A stretch of DNA of 64,000 nt, from positions 138,012,001-138,076,000 of the forward strand of contig NC_058373.1 of the NCBI RefSeq assembly GCF_018350175.1, in the 5' to 3' direction. The notes under the pieces were generated by a model, which saw nothing but the letters and a program-made list of their open reading frames with translations, ran no database searches and had not been told where the DNA came from. Source of the DNA: Felis catus. Its lineage: Eukaryota. Position numbers and translations under genes: made by a program. Positions 37,851 through 49,931 of this stretch are shown one piece after another; position 1 is the first letter of the stretch, and each line of letters starts with the position of its first letter.

Positions 37851-39107
37851 AACTAAGTGTGCTTTCTGGGGCCTGTAACGCTGGACCCATTATCTCCCTA
37901 GAAGTCTGGGGAAGAAAGATAAAGCTCTCAGCTAGGGGCTGTCTTTAGTGCTGTGGTTAGGAGCTAAGTTACTGTTTTTTAGAAGGCAGTGACTTATTTA
38001 AAAGAGAAAAACGCATTGCCTCTTAGGATTTGGGCCATCACTCAAGTTGGTGTTTTTATTTGGAAAATAAATGCTGGGTAAATGATAGGGTATCCAGGAC
38101 CAGCTTTTTAGCACCAGTATTTTTCGTCGGTTTGCATGAAAACCCCCACGTGAACGACTTTTAATTAGCACGGTATTGTGTTTTGTTTGAACGGCCTGTT
38201 GACGTTGCTGTTTTGCTTGTTTGCTCGTTTTGGCTGTTTGAAAATATCTATGGAAGTGTAAACATGGCAAGTATATAGTGATTGATGGTCACGTGCCATG
38301 GTTTTGACCGTCGTCCGTTTTTCATAGAGCCGACACACGTTTTGCCGGAAGGCCGTGTTTTTGGAAGTGTTCTCTCATCTCAGCTCACAAGTAGGAAGGA
38401 AGTAGAATGGTTGGAAGAATGCGAGGAAAGAGCAGCCTTCTGTCTTGAGATCAGAACCACGCTCTTTCCCTACCTTGTTGTCGAGACCATCGGCCTCATG
38501 GCCCGGAGCTGAACAGAAGAACCACACGGCTTCACTGCCCTAGAATGTGCCTCATCTCTGTGTGTCCTCCACACCGCTCACACACGGGACCGATCCCGTG
38601 CGTGCTGGTTGGTTTCTTGTCCTCCGTGAGCGCTTGAGAACGAGGGGGGGGGGGGGCCCTCACCCTCTGGCACCGCTCCTGGCCCAGGACATGGGCCTTA
38701 GGCGAGCTTCGGGCTTCTCCTTGCTTTGACTTGGTCGCCGCGAGTTCTGTGCTGAGCTGAATCCACCTGCCCTGCGGAGAGCCCATCCGAGGGGCTGAGT
38801 AGGGCGAGGGCTGCAGTCCGCCCTAGGAAAGAGATTTTTCTCTGGGTCAAAGAAGTAAAGGCAAAAACCCATGACCAACCCAGATAGGCATAAAAACCGT
38901 GAGGCGGGGACTGCCTCATTTGGCAGAGTTGGACCCGTGGGTCCATGATAGAGCCATATTAAGTAGTCCGCTTGGAAATGAAGTCCTGGCATTTCTTTAA
39001 CGTTTGGTCTCACTGAAACCATGACTGGCAGATGAATGGAGAATGTGGCCCTGTATGTGTTGTGTGACTTACATGAACCGGTCGGTTCTCTGCCATCAAT
39101 CCCTGCC

Positions 39108-39110
<3 letters not shown>

Positions 39111-39160
<50 letters not shown>
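39111..39160. repeat. (TG)25 microsatellite ~310 nt upstream of GLRX5 exon 2
   Basis: Read directly from the sequence. Confidence 0.95.
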
Positions 39161-39161
<1 letters not shown>

Positions 39162-39469
39162 CATTCTACGACAGCCTTGCCTACCTGATTGTCCCGTCGT
39201 GAAAGCCTTGCGAGATGGGGGTGGAAACAGGCGGGGGGTGGAAAGACTTGGCCGAGGCCTCACAGCTCGTAATTGGAGGAGGTGGGGTTTGAACCGTGAC
39301 CCAGTTGACTCTGCAGCTCCGAGTCTGTGGCAAACACGTCCCCCAGGGATGGGGGAAGCAAGAGGGAACCGCACCCGATGTCCTGCTGGGAGCGCGTGGA
39401 AAACAGATTTGGCCACGAGAAGTTCAGCTCTGACCATTGAAATGACACTGAAATGTTCTCTCCCTGTAG

Positions 39470-39648
39470 GCATTAAAGACTATTCCAACTGGCCCACCAT
39501 CCCGCAAGTGTACCTCAACGGCGAGTTCGTGGGGGGCTGTGACATTCTGTTGCAGATGCACCAGAATGGGGACCTGGTGGAGGAACTGAAAAAGCTGGGG
39601 ATCCGCTCTGCCCTTCTGGACGAAAAGAAAGACCAAGACTCCAAGTGA
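39470..39648 (+). CDS. GLRX5: Glutaredoxin-5, coding exon 2
   Basis: Acceptor ttctctccctgtag|G, then (G)[58 protein letters not shown]-stop. WPTIPQ and GGCD are monothiol Grx motifs. 295+179=474 nt = 157 aa + stop, with phase matching exon 1. Confidence 0.97.
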
Positions 39649-40101
39649 GGGCGGCCCGGGGCCTCCGTGAGCAGCAGGGGCTGTTGGTGCCCAGACTCCC
39701 CGCCGGCCAAGCCTTACCGATTCTGGTCTTGACTCTTCAGACGGCAGCTGCTTGCACGGATTTCTCCAGTCTGTGAGCAGTTGGGCGATTTTGGTGTGTC
39801 TGGTGTTGGGGCTGGGAATATTCTATTGTGAACTTCATTAGAACCACTGCACTGTAATGATTCAATGTTGTATTACGATATTGCTGTCAACAAAATCTGT
39901 TCTTAGGTTGTCATTTGCTCTTTGCTCTTTGCCTGATTCGGGAGTAAAACGAGGAGCTTTTGAGTCATTCTTCATGAATCCTCTGCAAATGTGTCAGTCT
40001 GCAAAGATAATTATATCTCCCCAAATTTTTCGTAGCTGCTTCTGTTAAGAAAAATGATGGACAGGGAGGAAGATGTGATAACTGGGGTGTTGTTTTTTTT
40101 A

Positions 40102-40107
40102 AATAAA
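40102..40107 (+). terminator. GLRX5: Probable GLRX5 polyadenylation signal
   Basis: AATAAA ~450 nt after the stop codon, preceded by a U-rich tract and followed by a GT-rich element (ctgtgtgtgagt) ~20 nt downstream. Confidence 0.7.
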
Positions 40108-40372
40108 CTGCCAACCCAGGGATCCTGTGTGTGAGTCGTTCATTCTGAATAGCAGGAACACTGCACCTTCCTCTGCTCGGGCCCGCTGTAACAAAATACC
40201 ACAGTCTGGCGGGGCTTATGAACAACGGATGTTTATGTCTTTTGGTTCCGGAAGCTGCAAGTCCAGGATGAAGGCTCTAGCACACCAGCTGTCAGGTGAG
40301 GGCTGTGCCTGGTTCATTGACGGCATCTCACCTTCTCACCGTGTCCTCATGAGGAAGCCCTCTGGGGTCCCT

Positions 40373-40612
40373 CTTGAGAGCTTGTTTGGAGGTTCTAGCA
40401 GGGGAGCGCAGCTACTCGTATACCCTTGACTGAAGAACGGTCCTCCNNNNNNNNNNNNNNNNNNNNNNNNNNNNNNNNNNNNNNNNNNNNNNNNNNNNNN
40501 NNNNNNNNNNNNNNNNNNNNNNNNNNNNNNNNNNNNNNNNNNNNNNNNNNNNNNNNNNNNNNNNNNNNNNNNNNNNNNNNNNNNNNNNNNNNNNNNNNNN
40601 NNNNNNNNNNNN
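40373..40612 (-). pseudogene. RN7SK: 7SK snRNA retropseudogene, 3'-truncated at about nt 240, without poly(A) tail
   Basis: 40373-40446 is the reverse complement of 7SK nt ~167-240 (GGAGGACCG...GGGTATACGAGTAGCTGCGCTCCCCTGCTAGAACCTCCAAACAAGCTCTCAAG), with two differences from the recalled human sequence. The following 171-N gap has the length expected for 7SK nt 1-166 plus 5 nt of target site, so the 5' part is inferred. Confidence 0.88.
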
Positions 40613-40625
40613 NNNNNTCCCTCTT

Positions 40626-40847
40626 TTTTTTTTTTTAATTTTTTTCAACGTTTATTTATTTTGGGACAGAGAGAGACAGAGCATGAACGGGGGAGGGGCA
40701 AAGAAAGAGGGAGACACAGAATCAGAACCAGGCTCCAGGCTCTGAGCCATCAGCCCAGAGCCCGACGCGGGGCTCGAACTCACAGACCGTGAGATCGTGA
40801 CCTGGCTGAAGTCGGATGCTTAACCGACTGCGCCACCCAGGCGCCCC
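40626..40847 (-). mobile_element. CAN-SINE (young) abutting the 7SK retrocopy
   Basis: SINEC_Fc body; flanking repeat tccctctt at 40618-40625 and tcctggggtccctctt at 40848-40863. Confidence 0.93.
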
Positions 40848-41332
40848 TCCTGGGGTCCCTCTTAAATGGGCACAAATCCCATTCGTGAGGACCCTGCCCT
40901 CGGTCACCTCCCAAAGTCCCCCCGCTGCCAACACCACCATTCTGGGGGTTTGGGGTCAACATAGGAATGTTGAGGGGAGGCATTCAGTCCGTAGCAGTGT
41001 GGATTATGAGTGCCCGTGACCTTCCGTTTTTAGAAATGCGGAGTGATTCTCATACTCTTCTGTTAAATTTGACATAAAAATTGCCATCAAGCGATGGTCT
41101 AATTTCTTGAGGGAAGGTAAGCCTTGTGAGTGCTGGGTGGTGTTGACTGGCCGAGTTGGGCGCCCGGGGGGCGTGCGGAGAAGGGAGGTGGCTGAGGCTG
41201 GAAGAGGCATACCCGCTCGCCCGCCCCTGAGATCTGGTAGCTGCGCTACCGTCAGGGGGACGTCACCAGCGGTCTTCCAAAGACAGGAATCCACTGAGCA
41301 TTGTGTTTTCTTAAAAAATACGGTCTATACAC

Positions 41333-43096
41333 GATGTTATATAGAGAGCACCCTGAACGCTCCACCAAAGATCTACCAGAACTGATAAAGGAATTCAGAA
41401 AAGTAGGATTTAAAATCCGTTTCATTCCTATGCACTAATAATGAAGCAGCAGAAAGGGAAGTTACGAAAACAATCTCATCTATAATTGCACCAAAAATAA
41501 CTAACTCACTAACGCTAACCAAGCAATCTATACATTCAATGCAATCCCTACCAAAATGCCAACACAATTTTCACAGATTCGGAACGGACAATCCTAAAAT
41601 TTATATAGAACCACAGAAGACCCCGAACAGCCAAAGCANNNNNNNNNNNNNNNNNNNNNNNNNNNNNNNNNNNNNNNNNNNNNNNNNNNNNNNNNNNNNN
41701 NNNNNNNNNNNNNNNNNNNNNNNNNNNNNNNNNNNNNNNNNNNNNNNNNNNNNNNNNNNNNNNNNNNNNNNNNNNNNNNNNNNNNACAATCATATGCTCA
41801 ATTAATCTCCAACAAGGAATGCAAGAATATGCAATGGGAAAAAGCCTTTCAACAAATGGTGTAGGGAAAACTAGACAGCTACATGCAAAAGAATGAAACT
41901 GGACCACCTACACGGTACCAAAAATAAACTCAAAATGGATTAAAGACATAAATGTGAGATGCGAAACCATAAAAATCCTGGAAGAGGCCACAGGCAGCAA
42001 TTTCTCTAATACCAGCCATAGCAATGTTTTTTGAGATATGTCTCCTGAGGCAAGGGAAATAAAAGTGAAAATAAACCATTGGGACTACATCAAATTCTGC
42101 ACAAAGGAAACAACAAAACAAAATGGCAGCCTACTGAATAGGGGAAGAGATTTGCAAATGACTTCCGATAAGGGGTTGGTATCCGGAATGCATAAAGAAC
42201 TGATANNNNNNNNNNNNNNNNNNNNNNNNNNNNNNNNNNNNNNNNNNNNNNNNNNNNNNNNNNNNNNNNNNNNNNNNNNNNNNNNNNNNNNNNNNNNNNN
42301 NNNNNNNNNNNNNNNNNNNNNNNNNNNNNNNNNNNNNNNNNNNNNNNNNNNNNNNNNNNNNNNNNNNNNNNNNNNNNNNNACAAGGCAGGAAGCAACAGG
42401 AGGTGTTGGGGAGGACGTGGAGAAAGGGGAACCCTCCTGTGCCGATGGTGGGAATGCAAACTGGTGCAGCCACTCTGGAACACAGTATGGAGTTTCCTTA
42501 AGTAAAAAATAGAACTACCATAGGACCCAGTAATTGCGCTACTGAGTATTTACCTAAAGTATACTAAAACACTAATTTGGAAGGATATATACATCCCTGT
42601 GTTCATTGCAGCATTATGTATGATAGCCAAATTATGGAAGCAACCCAGGTGTCCATTTATAGATGAATGGATAAAGGAGATGTATAGATATACAATGGAA
42701 TATTAGTCATAAAAAAGAATGAAATCTTGCCATTGGCAGCAACGTGGATGGACCTAGAGAGTAAATGCTAAGCGAAGTAAGTCAGAGAAAGACATACCAT
42801 TTGATCTCACTATTATGTGAGAATTTAAGAAACCAAGGAACAAAGGGGTTAAAAAAAAAAAGACCTCCTCCCCCTCCCCCAAAAAACCAAACAAACCCAA
42901 CTGTTAACTATAGAGAACAAACTGATGGTTTCCAGAGGGGAGGTGGGTGGGGGGGATGGGTGAAATGGGGTGGGGGTGGGGGATGAAGAGTATACTTAAC
43001 CTTGATGAGCACCGAGTAATATACAGGGCTGTTGAATATTGTACACCTGAAACTAATGTTAACACTGCGTTGGCTATACTGGAATTAAAAAAAAAA
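41333..43096 (+). mobile_element. 5'-truncated, degenerate L1 (ORF2 RT/C-terminal remnants plus 3' UTR and A-tail)
   Basis: ORF2-like remnants near 41340-41400 (resembling STKKLLELINEF) and [21 protein letters not shown] at ~42440-42500; G-rich 3' UTR; terminal A run at 43087-43096. Contains frameshifts and two N gaps. Confidence 0.85.
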
Positions 43097-46000
43097 GCTT
43101 TGGCACATGAAAAAAGAAGAAAGGTCTTTATACAAAAGGGATTAATTGGAATCCTAGCAGAGATGCCTCCAGTGTACGGTATCTTTTTATAAGACTCTCA
43201 ACGTGTCTCTGTCCTGAGGCTGGAGGCGGAGCTGGAGGTGAGCTTTACCGTGGCTCCTGGGAAGAAAGCCCATCCTGTCACCAAGCGCCTTTGTGTCCCC
43301 AGAGGCCTTCATTCATCTCCAGGGCCTTAAACAGAACATCTCTTGGAATTGCACCTTTCCTGGTGGCAGAGGAAGGACAAAGAATGCAGGTTTTTGTGAA
43401 AAGGGCAGGAGTGACGAGGACGGTGTGGCTCATTCCCCAGAGCCGGTCTCGAAGCTTGTTCTGTGTATTTAGTCCGCTCGAGCGCCTCTTGAAAAAAAGC
43501 TCTGAAAACAGACTGACGTAAGTGGGAACTGCTGAGTTCCTGCCACCATCCCTCCCGCAGAGGTGTTGGGGATCCCAAAAGAAAGGAAAGGAAAGCGGGA
43601 GCCCCACCCCCACTGCACTGGAGACCAGAGTGCCCAGTCGGGTGAGAGGGCGGCTCCTGGCCAGTCTCTGAGCTCAGGGCTTCAGAGAGAGAAAAGCAGA
43701 TTGTTGTCACAAGGTCTTTTATTACATGAGTTGGGCACTCCACCCCATCACTGCCTTGGTGTCTGCTCAAAATGAGTTTACGTAGACCCCCCTAGAGGGG
43801 GTTGGAGCTCAGCCAAGTGACCCTTCCTGTTCTACAAATCAAAGTGTGGACACGAGGAAGGCTCTAGGTCTCCCCTGTGCTGCTGCTACGAGGCGGCAGA
43901 GCCAAGGTTGCAACCTTGACCTTTGGAGAGAAGATCATCGACAAATTGCTCCATACTGTCCCTGGATGAGCCCCGGGGCCGTGGGGCTCACACATGGCAA
44001 TTGTTCCTCGCCTTCAGATCTGCTGTGTAGCCAGTACCTTAACCTACCTGTTTTGGCTTTTCCTTAGATCTGCCTATATGCCCTTTGAGTCTGTCTGAAA
44101 AATGAAATGATAAGATTAGCATGGAAACAGTGGGGAGAACTTCTCCCCCCTCCCCGCCCCCCAGAATATGAGGACCAGGGGAAGGGTTCCCAACTGAATA
44201 ATTTCACAAGAGCTTCAATGTTTAAGGAAATCGCTAAGCGCTACAGAAGCAGAAACGTTCTTTCCAGAAGTTAATTAATACTTTTTTTCCCTATATGCTT
44301 AACGAGTCTTTACCAAGTAGAAAATTGAAGATGCTATCTTATGTCAGTGGGAATAATTTTAATGATCTGCCTAATTAGAATTCACTGTGATAATTACAAC
44401 AGTGACACCAGAGTTCCTTGTACAAACAGCAATATCACACATCATCTATTTTGAAATGCAAGGTCCGCTTCATAGCTTTCCAGTAGAGTACATTTGGCTT
44501 GTGTCGTTGTGATTTATTGGCTTATTGTCACAGCTTCAAAGTACCGTGTTAATGGACCCTTTAGAGGTAGCTGACGTTGTTTTAGAAGCTTAGACCTTTG
44601 CATGATTTCAGGTAGTTTTTGTTTCCTAAGCTGGTTACATAAATGTCATCGCACTTCATTTGAGCAGTGAGTGTTGGTGATTCTTGAGGACAGACAGTAG
44701 ATTTTAAGAAGTCTCTCGGGTTTGTTGTCACTGGCCCTAGTGAACGGACATGTGCAGAATCTGGGACATTCAGCTTTCCTGTAATTAATAAAGCCACAGC
44801 ACCTAGCTTGAGAGAGAATTCTTGTAACTTTGTTAAATAGCTTATTTTGATATTTAGGGAGAAAGTGTATCTTGAGAGGTCAAGTCCCTTGTTACCTGGA
44901 CAGGGGAGATTGTGCTCAGGGTTCAGGGGAATGACCTTTGTGTTGGCAAGGTTTGGTTGCAGTAAATTTAAACCAGGGGTGAGGAAGCTTCCAACTTTGT
45001 TCCTGAGAGTCACTGACAGGAAAAAAAAAAAAAAAAGATCTTGGTAGACAGTCAAAAAAGTAGCTGAATCGATAGATTAAAAAAAAAAAAAAAGATTTTA
45101 TATTCTGCTTATGAATTGTCTAGTAAACCCCAAAACAGCTTTAAGTTCTACCTAAGAAGGCTATGACAGCCACCTTGAGCGAGAGTGAGTGGGGGAGGGG
45201 GGAAGGGAGAAGAGCTGCTTTCAAGCCCAGGCGCAGACACACAAGGTGACCGAGGGAACCCGGTCCTACTTTCTGAGAATAGTCTCTTTGTGGCTGTGGG
45301 CCAAGGGCAGTTGGGCCGAGAGCAGGTCGGGCCTGGGTCTAAGGCAGGAGCTGGTACAGAAAGTCCACCCGGCTTCAAAGACCTTGTCCCAGCTTCAGCC
45401 AGAGTGGCGTTCCACAAACACCTCACGGGCCACGTCACTCCCCTACCTGTGACCCTCCCTGGGTCGCTGCCCCGAAAGCCCTCCCGGGCCCCCTCTTCCC
45501 TCCCAGCTCCTTTGTCCATCATACCGGGTTCTAATGGCCGCCTTCTTAACTTTGCTCAGGGACCCCCTACGTCTGGCAGATGTAATGCTCAAAAGCAATA
45601 TATAAATCATGAGCAAAGGATTCCCTTTCTCCATTCCTTTTGGACTGGTCACAAGAAGTGTTAGGTTATTGGTTTACCAGCCAAAGCACTGGGCAGAAGC
45701 TAAGATCACACCTCCTGGATTCTCATCCCAACTCTTCCCAGGCGTGTAACACTTCAGACGCTAATAACCTCCCTTTCCCACTCGACTCATCAGGAAAGTG
45801 GCCAATGTCACCTACGTCACGCTTGTCAAAAGGCTGAGATGTGAGAATCCCATGGAGAGCTCAGCCCGCAGGGGGCTCCGAGGAAAGAGAACCCCTGCAG
45901 TTCCCTCGGACCACATCTAGACTGTTTTGTGCTATGTTCTCCACCAGCACTCTAAGATATAAAGGAGCAGAGCTAAGTCCCTATTTATTGACAGACCCTT

Positions 46001-46899
46001 GTTAATAGCTGGTTACCCCAGAAGCATGGAGATTCCTCTTTGAAGGTAAATGACAAGAATTTGTGACAGTCTTCTCGGTGGAGCGCATTACCCCACTGCT
46101 CTTGGCGACAGGAGGGCCTTGGACAAAGACTTCCCTGTGAATTACCTTCCTAAGATTATAATCTCACTGACTGCCATGGAATTTTATTATTTTTTTTAAT
46201 ATTACTTTTATGTCCTGCAGAGGGAACTCTTTAGCAAACGGATAGGTTACGCGTTTAGTGTGCGGAGTCAGGCTTGAATAAACACAATCAAACTAGTTAA
46301 TTCCAGTTTACCAGTAGCCAGGATGGTGGTACTGGGTTCTACTTACCGAATTAACAGTTTTCACAGGGATGCGTTTTGCCAGGGGGAAAAAAAAAAAAAA
46401 GAGGTAGAAATGTCTCCTGGTTCATAGGAAGCTGGGGGCTGAAGTGTAGAAAGCATTTCCGGATTATTGGTGTCTGTCACTAGTCCCGAGCAGGCAGGGG
46501 CTTTATTAATTAATCAGCAGCCATGGATGCACCAGTCCCCCTGGGTGGGAGGGGAGGGTCTACGCTGAACCCCCGACTCTGCTTGGGGGCCTCTTCCTGC
46601 CCCGGACCCAGGCTGGTCGGGGCGAGCCTTCCCGCTGGAGGTCAGCTGAGGCAGGGCCAGGGTCCGATACAGGTTGTCAGAACCCTTGGAATCTGGGGGA
46701 GGACTTTGCATTGACTCGGTACTTTGACAAGGAAGCTGGAATCCTGGGAACCTGGCAATGCCGCTGGTGTTTTTAATTTTGATTTTTTTAGCTTTCCCCA
46801 CTTAATAAAGTCTCCTTAGAATGATCTTTGGCAGAGCGGAACCCTATTACGGAGACAAGCTCAGGGATTGGTCGCCGTCTCACCCGTCCAAATCACGAC

Positions 46900-47368
46900 G
46901 CCTCGGGTAGACTCCCAAAGGGTCTGGTTTGGCAGTCCGAGCAAGGAGCTGCGAAGGTGCCCGCGTCCTGATCCTGGCACTCGAGACCGTGTTACTGGAG
47001 ACGTCGCAGACGTGGTCAAGTGCAGGATGGTCTGGCGGGCCCGGTGCGGTCACACGTGTCCTACCGGGGGGAGCCACGACCACGGTCAGAGAGGAGGTGG
47101 GGCGTCAAGAGGCAGAGCGTGGAGAGGTGGGCTTTGCAGGTGGGGAAGCAGCCACGAGCCAAGGATGCCCGGGGCCTCCAGAAGCTGTGGAAGGCAAGGA
47201 AACGGCTTCTCCCCTGGAGCCTCCCTAAGGACCCCCAGCCTTGCCGTTGGCCCAGGGAGACTGATTTCAGACGTCTGACCTCCAGAACTGTAAGAGAAAA
47301 AAATTCAGCTTGTCGTAGGCCCCCGAGTTTGGGGTTATTTGCTACAACGGCAACAGAAATCTCCTACC
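46900..47368 (+). mobile_element. MLT1-type LTR relic
   Basis: agccacgagccaaggatgcc...ggaaggcaaggaaacggcttctcccctggagcctcc...tctgacctccagaactgtaagaga. Confidence 0.75.
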
Positions 47369-49712
47369 ACTGGCTACCCGGATGTTTATGGTAGGCACCA
47401 CTTGGTAGGAGTGGACAGGGGTCAGGGGACAAATGCTTACTGAGCCCCTGCCCCATGCCAGGCGTTCCGATCCCTAACACACTTGCCACCAAAGGTCTGC
47501 ACATGTGGGATATTATCTCTGCCTCAGATGACCAAGCAGACTCAGAGAGGCTGGGGCACTTGTCCAAGGTCACTGCCTTGTGTGTAGCACGGCCGAGGGT
47601 TGAGCTGTAGTCCTCATGTTATACCACACTTCACAGGAGGCCCAGCCAAGTAACTGCACCCTCCGTGGTCATGGCCGGGTCTGGGGGCACAGGCCTGAGG
47701 GCGAGAACCGCTCCTGCCACTGAATTCGGTCTTCACCTCCCATAGGAGCCCGCAGCTAGGGAGGCTGGATCTTTGGGGGGACACCCCCATCCCCCACCCC
47801 GGCCATCCACTGTCAGGTCTGGGAGCATTTGGACATCCCTCCTCTAAGGCCACACATCCAGGGGGCATGAGCCTGTCTTCTGAGACACTCCCACGGGGCA
47901 GACACTCCATATCTACTTACGGATGGATAGACAGGTGACAGGGGCCCGATTCTGAGTAAGACCCATGCTCCTCACAGCAGTCTAGTGCGGGCTGTGGCTG
48001 AGTGTGAGTGCACAGAAAATTCTAACGCGACAGTAGAGCTTGCTTGGGTGGCCAGGGAGGCACAGAGCAGGCGGCCTCCTGGGCTGAGGTCACTGAAGAG
48101 GTGGACCCTCTGCTGGGCTTGCAGGGCAACGACCCAGGGGGCCACCAGGCCACAGCAGACAGCTGTGTCACCCGAGTCCCATCGTGGCCAGATCTTGGTG
48201 ATGAGGGGCCATGTTGGTTTGCAGGTGATGGAGGTGCGCCCGTCTGAGTGGCCAGGGTCCCCGTGGAGTTTTGCGTCCTGCTCGGTAGGGATCGCGTCGG
48301 CAGGATCTGTGCGTCGGCCCCAGTGTGTGCGTGGTCCCGCTGGGTTGCCACGCAGGCGCGTGCGTGCGTGTGTACGCGTGCACAGGTCGAGTTGCTGGCT
48401 GGCCAGAGACTGCACTGAGTTGCAGACAGCCACCCTTGGACCCTGCATCAGGGCCCCTCCTCTGCGCCCACTCTGGCCCCTCCTAGTTGCTTCCCTTCCT
48501 GCAGGACGGTTAGTGGGGCCAAAGAGCCGTGCCTACCTGGAACCCTGTTCTCTTCCTCCCCGAGACCGTCCTGCAGGTAACTGAGATCTGGGAACTCTCT
48601 GCCTCGGTGCCCAGCGTCTGCTTCAAGGGCCCGAAAGCTTCTTAGTCCGTGTTCTTGAGGGAGGACAGTGCTGTCATACCAGTGGATAGACCTTCTGCCC
48701 AAGAGTTCATGGGCAGTTGGGGATAGAGCCTGGACACAGAGCTCAGTGTCCACATTCAGCTGCCCACCCCCACCCGGGGGCTGGATGGAGTCACTGGACG
48801 GAGAACGGGAGGACCAAGGGCGAGTCCCCCTCCGTCCCTACGCCGCACCTGTCAGAGATGGCCCGAATTGCCCCGTGCATAGCAACATTTAGCAGGCCAT
48901 TTGGGGGTTCTAGATGTAGCTTCCTACCAGATGGGGCTTGTCTCTGTCTCATCCAGCATCTTCTGGCTGCACCTACGTAGGAAGGACGGCCATAATGACA
49001 TAGTGTAGTGGCTGTCCAGGCGTCTCAGGTCTCCCCAGGGCCTCCCCAGGCAAGGGGGGGGGTGCATCCCGGCACAGAAAGCAGCCTGTGGCACGGCCAA
49101 GGCGGGTGGGGGCCAACTGGTGATTGGTGGGTGGACAGCGAAGATCGAGGGGAGGGGGAGAGGCAGGGGTGAAGCTGGGAGTAGTGGGACACGAGCCTGG
49201 AGCAGCCTTCATGCCACACATGCCTGATGACTTTTTGTGGGGGGAGCAGAAGGGAGCTCTGGGGAGACCGAGGTAGAGGCTGCAACCTGAGCTGGAAATG
49301 CTCGCCTGGACGCCAGTGTAGCCGTTCCGTGGCCGAGAACATTCTAGGAATGAGGAAGCCGTGTGTGGTGAATAGCAGTGAGGGGAGCCATCTGGCCGAG
49401 GAGGGCTGGGCCCCCCACCTGCCACCCCTCCCTTGCTGTTAGAGCCCAGGACCTCACCCCATTTCCTGCTGGGGCTCTCTTGGGTTCCTGCAGGTGTCCA
49501 GCTGCCCCCAGGACCTCCAGAGACCTGCTTTTGGCTTTCCCTTCTCACACTGCCATGGGTCCTGTGGTTCCGTGCAGGCTCCTTGGGGAAACACTTGATC
49601 TTAGCCAAAGGCCGAGAAGCGATAGGCTCCTTGAGGAAACAGACGTGCTCCCCCTACACCTGCTGAGGGATGTGACCTGGGTTGTCTCTTGCCCCTTTTG
49701 CACATTTGCTTT

Positions 49713-49931
49713 AAAAATTTTTTCTAAATGTTTATTTATTTTTGAGGGTCAGAGAGTCAGGGTGCAAGCAGGGGCGGGGCAGAGAGAGAGAAGGAGACAC
49801 AGAATCCAAAACAGGCTCCAGGCTCTGAGCTGTCAGCACGGAGCCCAACACGGGGCTTGAACTCATGATCCGCGAGATCATGACCTGAGCCGGAATCAGA
49901 TGCTTAACTGACTGAGCCACCCAGGCGCCCC
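49713..49931 (-). mobile_element. CAN-SINE
   Basis: Antisense SINEC; TSD cacatttg(c/t)ttt. Confidence 0.9.

Larger units (their letters stand above)
40170..41000. mobile_element. MLT1-type (MaLR) solo LTR interrupted by the 7SK copy and a CAN-SINE
   Basis: Typical MLT1 segments gctgtaacaaaataccaca...ggaagctgcaagtccaggatgaagg and aatcccattcgtgagg...cacctcccaaag...cattcagtccgtagca flank the inserts. Confidence 0.65.

Noticed and set aside
39043-39469. N-terminal part of the 201-aa ORF containing GLRX5 exon 2
   Set aside because: Intronic read-through across a (TG)n repeat; homology starts only at the 39470 acceptor.
41333-43096. L1 as an active element
   Set aside because: 5'-truncated, internally deleted and frameshifted.
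45185-45664. ORF beginning MSGGGGKGEELL, superficially like the GFP N-terminus
   Set aside because: GTG start, no similarity beyond five residues and no vector sequence; coincidence.
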